Position numbers and translations under genes: made by a program
Shown: in pieces, positions 6,139 through 13,640 of the stretch
Layout: each line of letters starts with the position of its first letter
How positions within the stretch are numbered: position 1 is the first letter of the stretch
Source of the DNA: Calditrichaceae bacterium
GTDB lineage: Bacteria; Calditrichota; Calditrichia; Calditrichales; JBFXGD01
Assembly (NCBI GenBank): GCA_050178385.1
Contig: JBFXGD010000089.1
Coordinates: 1 to 13,640 of the forward strand
Length of the DNA stretch: 13,640 nt
Direction of reading: 5' to 3'
The notes under the pieces: model-generated
The model's database searches: none
Seen by the model: only the letters and a program-made list of their open reading frames with translations
What the model was told of the DNA's origin: nothing

Positions 6139-7800
6139 TCAATTTACAATCGTTATTGTGTCGGAAATGATGAGACTTTTGTACAGACTCCCGCCCGCGT
6201 ACGTTCCGTCCTTATATAGCCCGTCAGTAGAAGTTCCGGTGCAACTACCACCTGTGTAAACATTGTACGAAGTTCCTTTGACAAGTTTTGATGATGAAAA
6301 GACAACGGACTGGTATGATTTTGCGGGGCTAAAGGTTAATATCTCTTCACCGCTTTGGGATTCCATGTGTATTAATGTTCCGGCGTCTTTTGTTGAGTTG
6401 AAGTTTACAAGAATACAATATTGTTCTGATGATGTGCACGGAGCTTTTGTCATTGTGAAATAACTACCCGCCGCTACCAGAAATCCACCGTTCATCTCAA
6501 ACGTACCATCATAATCCAACGCGCTGCTTGATGTGTCTGAAGAACCGCTGACGAGTAAGGTCCCATCGGTCATTAATATTGAAGAGTTTGCGTCAATGCC
6601 ATCACCATCCGCGTTTACTACAATATAACCTCCGTTAACATAAATATAGCTGCCGCTCTCCGCTGCCAGGTTAATGCCGTCGTCACTTGAGACAATGTGT
6701 ATCTCACCGCCGTTAACGGTAATATCCCCCTTGACGCTTTCAATACCTTCAAATGACTTTTCAATGTTAATCTCCCCGCCGTTTATGACCAAATCATAAT
6801 CGGCATGAATAGCATCATCATCGCAAGAAATAGTTAGGATACCATCATTGATTGTGATCAGGCCATCGGAATGAATTCCATCATTACCGGAATTTATTGT
6901 GATTGTACCTCCATCAATAGTCACACTTATAGATCCATTGATTCCTTGTCCACCGGATGATATTGAGATTTCCCCGGAACTGATATCCACATCTTTTTGA
7001 GCAGCTATGGCTTCACTGGAGGCGGTTATGTCAATAACACCTTTCTCAATAGTAATGTACCCCATTGAAGCGTCATCGGCATTATCGGATTTCAAACCAA
7101 TACCGGCAGCATCCACAGTGATATTTCCATCTTTCACAATAAGATAATCTTTTCCCCTGATACCATCATCAACCGCATGGACCCGGATATTTCCGCTTGT
7201 AATTATCAATCCGTCCTTACCTGAAATACCGTCATTGTAATTTCCAAAGACCGTTAAGCTGCCATTTCCATAGAAAGTAAGATCAGCTTTACTGAAGACA
7301 GCGGCATTGGGTTCAGCCACATCCGTGTTTGCATAAGTATATGATGACCCGTCCTTTAAATAATTTTCTGAATTATCCGCAAGAACGATCATTACCCTGG
7401 CTGCCTTCTCAACATACACAGGCGCATGTGTCGAGCAGTTGATATCCACGTTATTTAAAATGAGCCGGACAATTTCATTATCATCGGTATCAACTACTAT
7501 CCGGCCATCTTCAAGTGAACCGCTTATATTATATGAACCCGCTGATGTAATTGCTAAGATGCTTCCCTCCGCGATGGCACCGTTTCCATCAACAGTAATG
7601 CTGTTTCCATTTAACATGATTGGAATTTCTTCAGAGCTGTCCCAGATATAATCTCCCGCATCATCATGACTTTTAGCATCATCAACAATTGTTGTTTCGG
7701 TTTCATCTGCAGTATCATCTGCATTTGTAGAATTTTGGCAGGCGATGAATCCTGTCGTTACTAAACTAAATATCAGCAATACATATATTTTGTTATACAT
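6139..7800 (-). CDS. Cthe_2159-family (DUF4353) carbohydrate/metal-binding beta-helix lipoprotein
   Basis: 553 aa with lipobox FIA-C21. N-terminal pattern ITSAGSYNISGSLEDGRIVV...VRLILNNVDI...AAVFSKADLTFYGNGSLTV. Repeated ~22-aa beta-helix rungs (DDGIRGKD, NDGIHSDG, DDAIHADY, DDGINLAA, GDGIDANS) and ALDYDG. RBS GAGG. Confidence 0.85.
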   Translation of the reverse strand: MYNKIYVLLIFSLVTTGFIACQNSTNADDTADETETTIVDDAKSHDDAGDYIWDSSEEIPIMLNGNSITVDGNGAIAEGSILAITSAGSYNISGSLEDGRIVVDTDDNEIVRLILNNVDINCSTHAPVYVEKAARVMIVLADNSENYLKDGSSYTYANTDVAEPNAAVFSKADLTFYGNGSLTVFGNYNDGISGKDGLIITSGNIRVHAVDDGIRGKDYLIVKDGNITVDAAGIGLKSDNADDASMGYITIEKGVIDITASSEAIAAQKDVDISSGEISISSGGQGINGSISVTIDGGTITINSGNDGIHSDGLITINDGILTISCDDDAIHADYDLVINGGEINIEKSFEGIESVKGDITVNGGEIHIVSSDDGINLAAESGSYIYVNGGYIVVNADGDGIDANSSILMTDGTLLVSGSSDTSSSALDYDGTFEMNGGFLVAAGSYFTMTKAPCTSSEQYCILVNFNSTKDAGTLIHMESQSGEEILTFSPAKSYQSVVFSSSKLVKGTSYNVYTGGSCTGTSTDGLYKDGTYAGGSLYKSLIISDTITIVN

Positions 7801-7829
7801 TCATACCTCTGTTAATTATACGGTTCATT

Positions 7830-8504
7830 CTAAATCTGTTCTTCGTCAAAGAAGAGATTGATATTTTTAACACCATTTGAATTATCCAGGGCGTTTATAA
7901 ATTCCGGGTTTTTATCCTTGTTCTTCAACCTGACATAATAGGATAGCTCCAATATACCCTGATTTTCGATTGTCCGTGTGTTTATCACCTTATGCCATCG
8001 GCAATACCTATCCAGGATCGGTATGTAGGAGAGGGGATCGACGCCATTTGGCTGAAAAGAAAATTGCAGTAAATAATCATTTTGCCGCGCAGCAGTAATA
8101 TTCGATTTTGCCAGTAATAAAATAATTATCCCGACAAAGACTGATCCAAAGATGGCAATTTTATAATATCCCACACCGAATGCCATACCGATCGCCAGCG
8201 CAAAAAATATGAAAACTATATCCTGAGTGTCTTTAACAGCCGTCCTGAAACGAATGATCGACATAGCGCCAACCAGTCCGAACGCGCGGGCAAGATTATT
8301 ACCAATAACCATGATAACGATGGCTGTGATCATTGTAAGAATAATCATCGAATTTACAAAAGCCGCCGAATACCCGGCCCCGCGGTAGGATTTTCGGTAA
8401 ATGTAAGCGATAAAAAGTCCACAACACAAAGCGACGATGATGTTTTTCATTATTTCAAATATGGATACAGGAAACAGATTTAGACTTTGCATTTCATTAA
8501 ACAT
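7830..8504 (-). CDS. DUF4956 family membrane protein
   Basis: About 5 TM segments plus a soluble C-terminal domain, with the family signature GNNLARAFGLVGAMSIIRFRTAVKD. ATG at 8504 is 7 nt after GGAG; the alternative start is GTG at 8507. The start overlaps the 3' end of the VTC gene. Confidence 0.88.
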   Translation of the reverse strand: MFNEMQSLNLFPVSIFEIMKNIIVALCCGLFIAYIYRKSYRGAGYSAAFVNSMIILTMITAIVIMVIGNNLARAFGLVGAMSIIRFRTAVKDTQDIVFIFFALAIGMAFGVGYYKIAIFGSVFVGIIILLLAKSNITAARQNDYLLQFSFQPNGVDPLSYIPILDRYCRWHKVINTRTIENQGILELSYYVRLKNKDKNPEFINALDNSNGVKNINLFFDEEQI

Positions 8505-9276
8505 CACAGCACTCCCTGCTTATGATCATGTTCCGCCTGCTAAAGCGTTGATTTTTAAACTCCGCGTGTGTTTCCAGAGACATGGTGTACTTTGATAATG
8601 CCCGTCGGTTTAATCCATATTTGCTAATAAGCGATATGATCCAGTTGGGCAGGCTTCCAAAAAATTTTACTTCAAGAATAAAGTGGTTGATCAATGCAGA
8701 TTTAACGTTATCTTCTTCATAAAGATGCTTTAGGTCGGGATAAATAACACTGCGCAGGTTTTTATCAAATGTTAAACGCAGAGATGGATCCATTTTTCCC
8801 TGAAAGGCTTCACGATCGTAAATCACCAATACAGCCGGGCGTAAATTTTTCACATAATAATAATAAAGAAATTTCCGCGCGTCTTTTTTCTCCGCGCCAT
8901 TTCCACTAAACGACAGCACAACATCATCTATACGTCTTGAGACTAGTGCTGGGGTAATATTTGCATAATAAAGCGGCGCCCGGCTTTTTGATATACAATT
9001 TGTGTTTTTGTGTTTTATTTCCAGAAAAATTAAGCTTTCTTCTGAACACTCATCATACCCTCTGATGCGGAATTTATTTCTGATTTGTACGCCGTCAATT
9101 TTTTCTTTGTAGCATGTAAACTGCGGCGAGTCATAATAAATGCTTCTAACAGTGTATTGCCCGTCACTCTGTTTTTTTGCAAAATTATCCAACTCCATAT
9201 AAGGACTCAGCTCTGTCCTGAGCTTATCAACAAGGGTGTTAGGGACTAAATATTTATATTCATATCTCGAAGCCAT
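8497..9276 (-). CDS. VTC-domain (polyphosphate polymerase-like, CYTH/TTM superfamily) protein
   Basis: Motifs RYEYKY, YTVRSIYYDS, RNKFRIRGY, FLEIKHK, YDREAF, RLTFD, ILEVKF and SKY are typical of bacterial VTC-domain proteins. Start reassigned from 9336 to the ATG at 9276 (MASRYEYK), which has AGGAAAG upstream and avoids a 52-nt overlap with the upstream gene. Confidence 0.9.
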   Translation of the reverse strand: MASRYEYKYLVPNTLVDKLRTELSPYMELDNFAKKQSDGQYTVRSIYYDSPQFTCYKEKIDGVQIRNKFRIRGYDECSEESLIFLEIKHKNTNCISKSRAPLYYANITPALVSRRIDDVVLSFSGNGAEKKDARKFLYYYYVKNLRPAVLVIYDREAFQGKMDPSLRLTFDKNLRSVIYPDLKHLYEEDNVKSALINHFILEVKFFGSLPNWIISLISKYGLNRRALSKYTMSLETHAEFKNQRFSRRNMIISRECCDV

Positions 9277-9284
9277 AATCTTTC

Positions 9285-10346
9285 CTAATTTAAAATAATC
9301 TGTTTCAGATAAAACGGAATGGACAACGGGCTGCATTTAATTTTGGCCGGCGTAAGCATACCGGAAATAAAGTCATTTGATATTGAATTAACGGTCGCCA
9401 GAACAATAATACACTGCTTCCCGCCTATGAGCTGCATAACCGGTTGAGTCATCTGAACTTCACCGGATAATTGCGATTTAAGGTCAGGTGAATCAAAAAA
9501 AACATTCCCGCCTTCCCGGACAAACGCAGCGTCTTTCAGCGGGACAGGGATACAGGCAACCGCCGAATCAAAATTTGACAAGATCAAAAGGGTATCATTG
9601 GTAAATGACCTTTCAACGCGGCCACTAAATGGCGAAATAATCAGGTTTTGCGAATCCATTTGTTGTTTTAAGAAGAAAATCTCATTTTCAACCGCGTTAA
9701 TTTGTTCTGTCAATTTGTGTATTTCCTCAACTTTCTCACCACTCATGCTCGATTCCAGTTCAGCCTGCCGAACGTTTACGGCTTTAACCAGAGTATTTAA
9801 TTCATCGGCCGCTATCTGGTATTCTTCCCCGGCGATAAGATCTTTATCAAACAATTCCTTAAGCCTCGCGGTAATTTTTTCCTGTTTATCCGATTCCGAT
9901 TGGGCCATGGCCAGTCTTTCTTCCGCCTCCCGCACTTCTGTTATTTTGTTGCCACTCATGCCTGATCGCAGCGATGCTTTCAGAATCTGCAGTTCGCCAT
10001 CCAGTTGAATAAGGTTTTCATGCTTTCTGCTGGAGTAGATAATAGCCAGAGTATCTCCCTTAGCAACAATCTGTCCGTTGGAAAGCTCAGGATTCAGCGT
10101 TAAAACGATTGATTCGCCCCGTTCAAATGAAGTAAGCTGATAGGAATTATTTATTCCGCTGCTAAAATTAATCGTGCTGGTCAAAATCTGCCCGTCATTT
10201 CCGCGGGACAAAATCCATTGTTGAGCGGGCAATATTTTTGCTATACTGTCAATTGTATGCGGCACTTTAATTGGTAAAAAGAAAATGCCCATAGCTGCGA
10301 GAACTATGCCGATGATAATTAGGATACGATGGTTTTTTCCCGACAT
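9285..10346 (-). CDS. Atypical HlyD-like periplasmic adaptor / membrane fusion protein
   Basis: 353 aa with one N-terminal TM helix, a lipoyl-like half-motif (NGQIVAKGDTLA), a long coiled-coil hairpin (RLKELFDKDLIAGEEY), a second half-motif (IISPFSGRV) and a C-terminal beta-barrel-like region ending FISGMLTPAKI. Confidence 0.7.
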   Translation of the reverse strand: MSGKNHRILIIIGIVLAAMGIFFLPIKVPHTIDSIAKILPAQQWILSRGNDGQILTSTINFSSGINNSYQLTSFERGESIVLTLNPELSNGQIVAKGDTLAIIYSSRKHENLIQLDGELQILKASLRSGMSGNKITEVREAEERLAMAQSESDKQEKITARLKELFDKDLIAGEEYQIAADELNTLVKAVNVRQAELESSMSGEKVEEIHKLTEQINAVENEIFFLKQQMDSQNLIISPFSGRVERSFTNDTLLILSNFDSAVACIPVPLKDAAFVREGGNVFFDSPDLKSQLSGEVQMTQPVMQLIGGKQCIIVLATVNSISNDFISGMLTPAKIKCSPLSIPFYLKQIILN

Positions 10347-10384
10347 TATTTGCCCTTTTATTGTAATGATTCTTAATATTAAAT

Positions 10385-11605
10385 TTACTCATGCCTGAGT
10401 GCTTCAATAGGATCCAGTGCCGCTGCTTTACGTGCCGGGTACCAGCCAAAGAACACGCCGATAAACGAACAAAACAAAAATGATAATAGAATGGATTCCA
10501 TCGTAATCAACACCGGCCAGGACATGATATTCTCAACCGCGCTTGAAGCAAGGATACCGCCGGCTACGCCTAAGACACCTCCGGTTACACTCAACAAAAC
10601 AGCTTCAAGAAGGAACTGCATTAATATATCTTTTCCTTTGCCGCCGATGGCCAGTCTTAATCCTATTTCGCGGGTGCGCTCCGTAACGGACACATACATG
10701 ATATTCATAATACCAATCCCGCCCACGACCAAAGATATAGCAGCTATAGAGCCAAGTAAAACCAGCATCATTTCGGAAATTGAGCCAAATGTACTGATCA
10801 GTTCGGCCTGCGTCCGTAATTCAAAATCATTGTCTTCACTGTCCTTTAATTTATGCGCAAGACGCATGGCTTCTTCAATCTGTGTACTTGCCTCGTCAAT
10901 TTGATCTTCGGATACAGCAGACATAACAATTGCGCGCAGATGCGTTTGGCGGATAACTCTTTTCATAACGGTGGTGTACGGCGCGAGTATGATGTCATCC
11001 TGGTCCTGTCCAAAAGTATTTTCACCTTTTTCTTCCAGTACTCCGATCACTTTAAACGGTATCTTTTCAAAGCGGATGGTTTGGCCGACAGGATCAATAT
11101 CGTCGCCAAATATATTCTCAACAACAGTCTGTCCAATCACGACTACTTTTGCGGCGTTTTTTATATCCTGGGATGATAATGAACGGCCGCTGGCAATATC
11201 ATACTTTTTGATATATGTATATTCTTCGTTTCCGCCGTAGATTTGGGTCGGCCAGTTATTCGTTCCAAAGATAACCTGACCGGAACCATCAATTTCCGGG
11301 GATACAGCCGAAATTTTATCACAGTTTTCCCTTATAAAATCAACATCTGCAACTACCAGTGTTTGTGACATCTCCCTGCTGTGTTGGACTCCGCTACTAT
11401 TTCTGCTGGCGGGTTGGATATGAATAAGATTTGTACCCATGGAAGATATTTTTTCCTGGATACTGGCATTGGATCCTTCTCCGATAGCAAGCATGGCGAT
11501 AACCGATGCCACACCAATTATGATTCCCAGCATCGTAAGGAAGGAGCGTATTTTGTTTCTTTTTATTGCAGCAATGGCAATTTTAATTACGTTTAATATT
11601 TTCAT
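10385..11605 (-). CDS. MacB/FtsX-family ABC transporter permease
   Basis: RSFLTMLGIIIGVASVIAM, a large periplasmic domain, SLVVGGIGIMNIMYVSVTERTREIG and FFGWYPARKAAALDPIEALRHE. ATG at 11605 follows GAGAG; the alternative start is TTG at 11611. Confidence 0.95.
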   Translation of the reverse strand: MKILNVIKIAIAAIKRNKIRSFLTMLGIIIGVASVIAMLAIGEGSNASIQEKISSMGTNLIHIQPASRNSSGVQHSREMSQTLVVADVDFIRENCDKISAVSPEIDGSGQVIFGTNNWPTQIYGGNEEYTYIKKYDIASGRSLSSQDIKNAAKVVVIGQTVVENIFGDDIDPVGQTIRFEKIPFKVIGVLEEKGENTFGQDQDDIILAPYTTVMKRVIRQTHLRAIVMSAVSEDQIDEASTQIEEAMRLAHKLKDSEDNDFELRTQAELISTFGSISEMMLVLLGSIAAISLVVGGIGIMNIMYVSVTERTREIGLRLAIGGKGKDILMQFLLEAVLLSVTGGVLGVAGGILASSAVENIMSWPVLITMESILLSFLFCSFIGVFFGWYPARKAAALDPIEALRHE

Positions 11606-11626
11606 TTTCAACTCTCGTTGTACGGG

Positions 11627-12400
11627 TTAGTTTGCATCTATTAATAAATCAAAAACGGCATCTTCTTCTTTTAAGTTTTCAAGTGCCGTTTGGGCTTCCG
11701 TTAGTGTGTTTACCAGAATATCTTTAATTATCCGGCCGTCACGGAAAACTATATTTCTTTTTGTAAAAGCCGCGATATCGGGCTCATGAGTTACAAAGGC
11801 AATGGTTATCCCGTTTTCATTTAACTCCTGGAACAGGGCCATAATCCCGAAAGACGTCCTGGTATCAAGATTACCGGTTGCTTCATCGGCCAGGATCAGT
11901 ACAGGATCGTTTACCAGCGAACGGGCGATGGCCACACGCTGCTGCTGACCGCCGGACATTTGATTGGAAAGATGGTTCATACGGTCTGCTAAACCGACCG
12001 CATCCAATGCATACTCCGCTTTTTCCCGGCGTATTTTAGCGGTAATCTTAGGATTGTACAACAACGGCAGTTCCACATTTTCCAGGGCCGTGGTTCGCGG
12101 TAACAGGTTATAGGACTGAAACACAAAACCCAGTTTCAAATTGCGTACATCAGCCAATTGGTTTTTATTAAGTGATTTAACATTTGTACCATCAAGCCGG
12201 TAGTCGCCTGCTGTTGGTCTGTCCAGACACCCAAGAATATTAAGCAGGGTAGATTTGCCGGATCCACTGGCGCCCATAATGGCCACAAACTCGCCGGCAT
12301 TTATTGTCAGGTCAATACCACGCAGCGCTCTGACTGTTTCAGTCCCCACCCGGTAATCTTTTTGAAGATTTTCTATTTCGATTATTTTATTGTTTTTCAT
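11627..12400 (-). CDS. ABC transporter ATP-binding protein (MacB/LolD subfamily)
   Basis: Walker A GASGSGKS, Q-loop GFVFQSYNL, signature MSGGQQQR, Walker B/D-loop ILADEATGNLD, H-loop VTHE. Confidence 0.95.
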   Translation of the reverse strand: MKNNKIIEIENLQKDYRVGTETVRALRGIDLTINAGEFVAIMGASGSGKSTLLNILGCLDRPTAGDYRLDGTNVKSLNKNQLADVRNLKLGFVFQSYNLLPRTTALENVELPLLYNPKITAKIRREKAEYALDAVGLADRMNHLSNQMSGGQQQRVAIARSLVNDPVLILADEATGNLDTRTSFGIMALFQELNENGITIAFVTHEPDIAAFTKRNIVFRDGRIIKDILVNTLTEAQTALENLKEEDAVFDLLIDAN

Positions 12401-12459
12401 TTTTCAGCAATTCTTATTTTTGTCAGGTTAATGTTTTTGAGTTCATAATTTGTTAAATG

Positions 12460-13640
12460 TTACCTGCCCGGGCGTCCCGGAGCTTCCTGGACAAACGGGC
12501 TTTGTGTTTCTTCGCTCTTTGCAACATTTTTGCTTGTGTTACTCCCCGCTTCCATAGAAGTAATAACCTGGTCACCCTCATTCAATCCCGAAATTATTTC
12601 AACGCTTACTCCATCTGTTACACCGGTTTCTACTGCTACAGGCTTGATAATTGATCCGTTTTTTACCCAAACGCGTTTGATATTATCAGGGATCTCATCT
12701 TTTTGAACTTCAGATTGTTCTGTCGTTTTTTGTGAACCGGAAGCCGGTCTTTGTGGACGTTCACTCTCCGGAAGGCTATTGAAATAGTCAGTCATTTGCT
12801 CTCGATCCGGTGTAAAACGTATGGCTTTTCCTGCTACAACCAGAGCATCTGTTACTTCTTCAACATATACAGTGATGCTGGCCGTCATACCCGGTTTTAA
12901 TTTTAATTCAGTGTTCTGCGCTGAAACAATCACGGTATATGTAATAACATTCGATGTTTCAGTTGGTTGTAACCGTACTTCTGTGATCGTGCCGGTAAAA
13001 GTTACCTCGGGAAAAGCGTCTACGGTAAATTCCACACGCTGTCCTTCTTTGACCATGCCAATATCTGCTTCGTCCACATTTGCTTCAACCTGCATTTCCG
13101 AAAGATCATTAGTGATTGTAAACAGTTCAGGTGTGCTCATACTGGCTGTAACGGTTTGCCCTTCTTCAACCGCGCGGTTAAGAACAACCCCGTCAATCGG
13201 AGAATAAATATTGGCATAAGCCAAATTTAGTTGTGCTTTATTTAAATTGGCATTGGCCGACTTCAAACCTGCCTGGCTTTTTTTATAATTATATTTGGCC
13301 AGGTCATAATCGCTTTCTGACAGCAAATCCTTTTTAAAAAACTCTTCATTTCGTTCAAAGTTGGCTTTTTGATATTCAAGTTCTGCCTGCGCGTCAAACA
13401 AATCTGCTTCGGCATTTTCCAAACTTGACTGCAAAGTCGATTTGTCGAGTTCAGCAATCAATTGCCCCTTTTCTACTTTCGAATTAAAGTCCACAAACAA
13501 CTTTTCGATCACGCCCGATACCTGGGTTCCAACAATAACAGTATTCGTTGCTTCCAATGTCCCGGTGGCGGTAATTGTGTTGCTTACCGTGCCTTTTTCT
13601 ACGATTGTTGTCTCGAAAACGTAATCGTTGTCATTGATTC
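12460..13640 (-). CDS. MacA-like efflux periplasmic adaptor subunit (5' end beyond the window)
   Basis: The frame stays open from 13557 to the window edge (...YVFETTIVEKGTVSNTITATGTLEATNTVIVGTQVSG). Motifs VEKGQLIAELD, IYSPIDGVV, VDEADIG and LKPGMTA are typical of MacA/HlyD adaptors. Confidence 0.92.
   Translation of the reverse strand, partial: INDNDYVFETTIVEKGTVSNTITATGTLEATNTVIVGTQVSGVIEKLFVDFNSKVEKGQLIAELDKSTLQSSLENAEADLFDAQAELEYQKANFERNEEFFKKDLLSESDYDLAKYNYKKSQAGLKSANANLNKAQLNLAYANIYSPIDGVVLNRAVEEGQTVTASMSTPELFTITNDLSEMQVEANVDEADIGMVKEGQRVEFTVDAFPEVTFTGTITEVRLQPTETSNVITYTVIVSAQNTELKLKPGMTASITVYVEEVTDALVVAGKAIRFTPDREQMTDYFNSLPESERPQRPASGSQKTTEQSEVQKDEIPDNIKRVWVKNGSIIKPVAVETGVTDGVSVEIISGLNEGDQVITSMEAGSNTSKNVAKSEETQSPFVQEAPGRPGR

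Noticed and set aside
6590..7200. Repetitive sequence within the Cthe_2159-like gene as a DNA repeat array or CRISPR
   Set aside because: The periodicity is at the protein level (beta-helix rungs) with diverged DNA. I saw no identical repeats with spacers and no cas or transposase genes in the window.
9277..9336. Longer N-terminus of the VTC ORF (start 9336)
   Set aside because: It would overlap the upstream gene by 52 nt. The ATG at 9276 has an RBS and puts the RYEYK motif at the N-terminus, as is usual for this family.
11860..11900. DEATGNLD instead of DEPTGNLD as a sign of an inactive ATPase
   Set aside because: The catalytic Asp-Glu, Walker A, signature and H-loop are all intact. The Pro>Ala change is a variant seen in this subfamily.
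13555..13557. TTG start for the MacA-like gene
   Set aside because: The frame is open and MacA-like up to the window edge, and the N-terminal TM anchor is missing, so the true start lies outside the window.
65..13624. Numerous plus-strand ORFs and short alternative-frame minus-strand ORFs in the six-frame track
   Set aside because: They overlap well-supported minus-strand genes and show no recognisable motifs, so they are treated as shadow ORFs.

Overview
This bacterial window holds 13 co-oriented genes on the minus strand, the most upstream one cut by the right edge. The organism is probably diderm (lipoproteins, a Tat substrate, periplasmic adaptors). In transcription order there are three apparent units. 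(1) A split MacAB-type ABC exporter (adaptor, ATPase, permease), a second atypical HlyD-like adaptor, a VTC-domain (polyphosphate polymerase-like) protein, a DUF4956 membrane protein, a Cthe_2159-type beta-helix lipoprotein and a CotH-family kinase lipoprotein, ending in a terminator. (2) A redox trio: a 2x[4Fe-4S] ferredoxin, a di-heme ferric-reductase-like membrane protein and a Tat-signal SdhA/AprA-superfamily flavoprotein with an unusual active site, ending in a terminator. (3) A Spy/CpxP-like secreted protein and a tandem-DUF1566 lipoprotein. Units 2 and 3 are each preceded by the same bipartite motif (minus strand AACCACAAG-N14-AACGTC-N2-AAGT), which looks like an ECF sigma promoter, and by related CCCTTCA/TGAAGGG hairpins. 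Most products are envelope-directed and functionally uncharacterised. Family calls come from motif recognition by eye; no searches were run.
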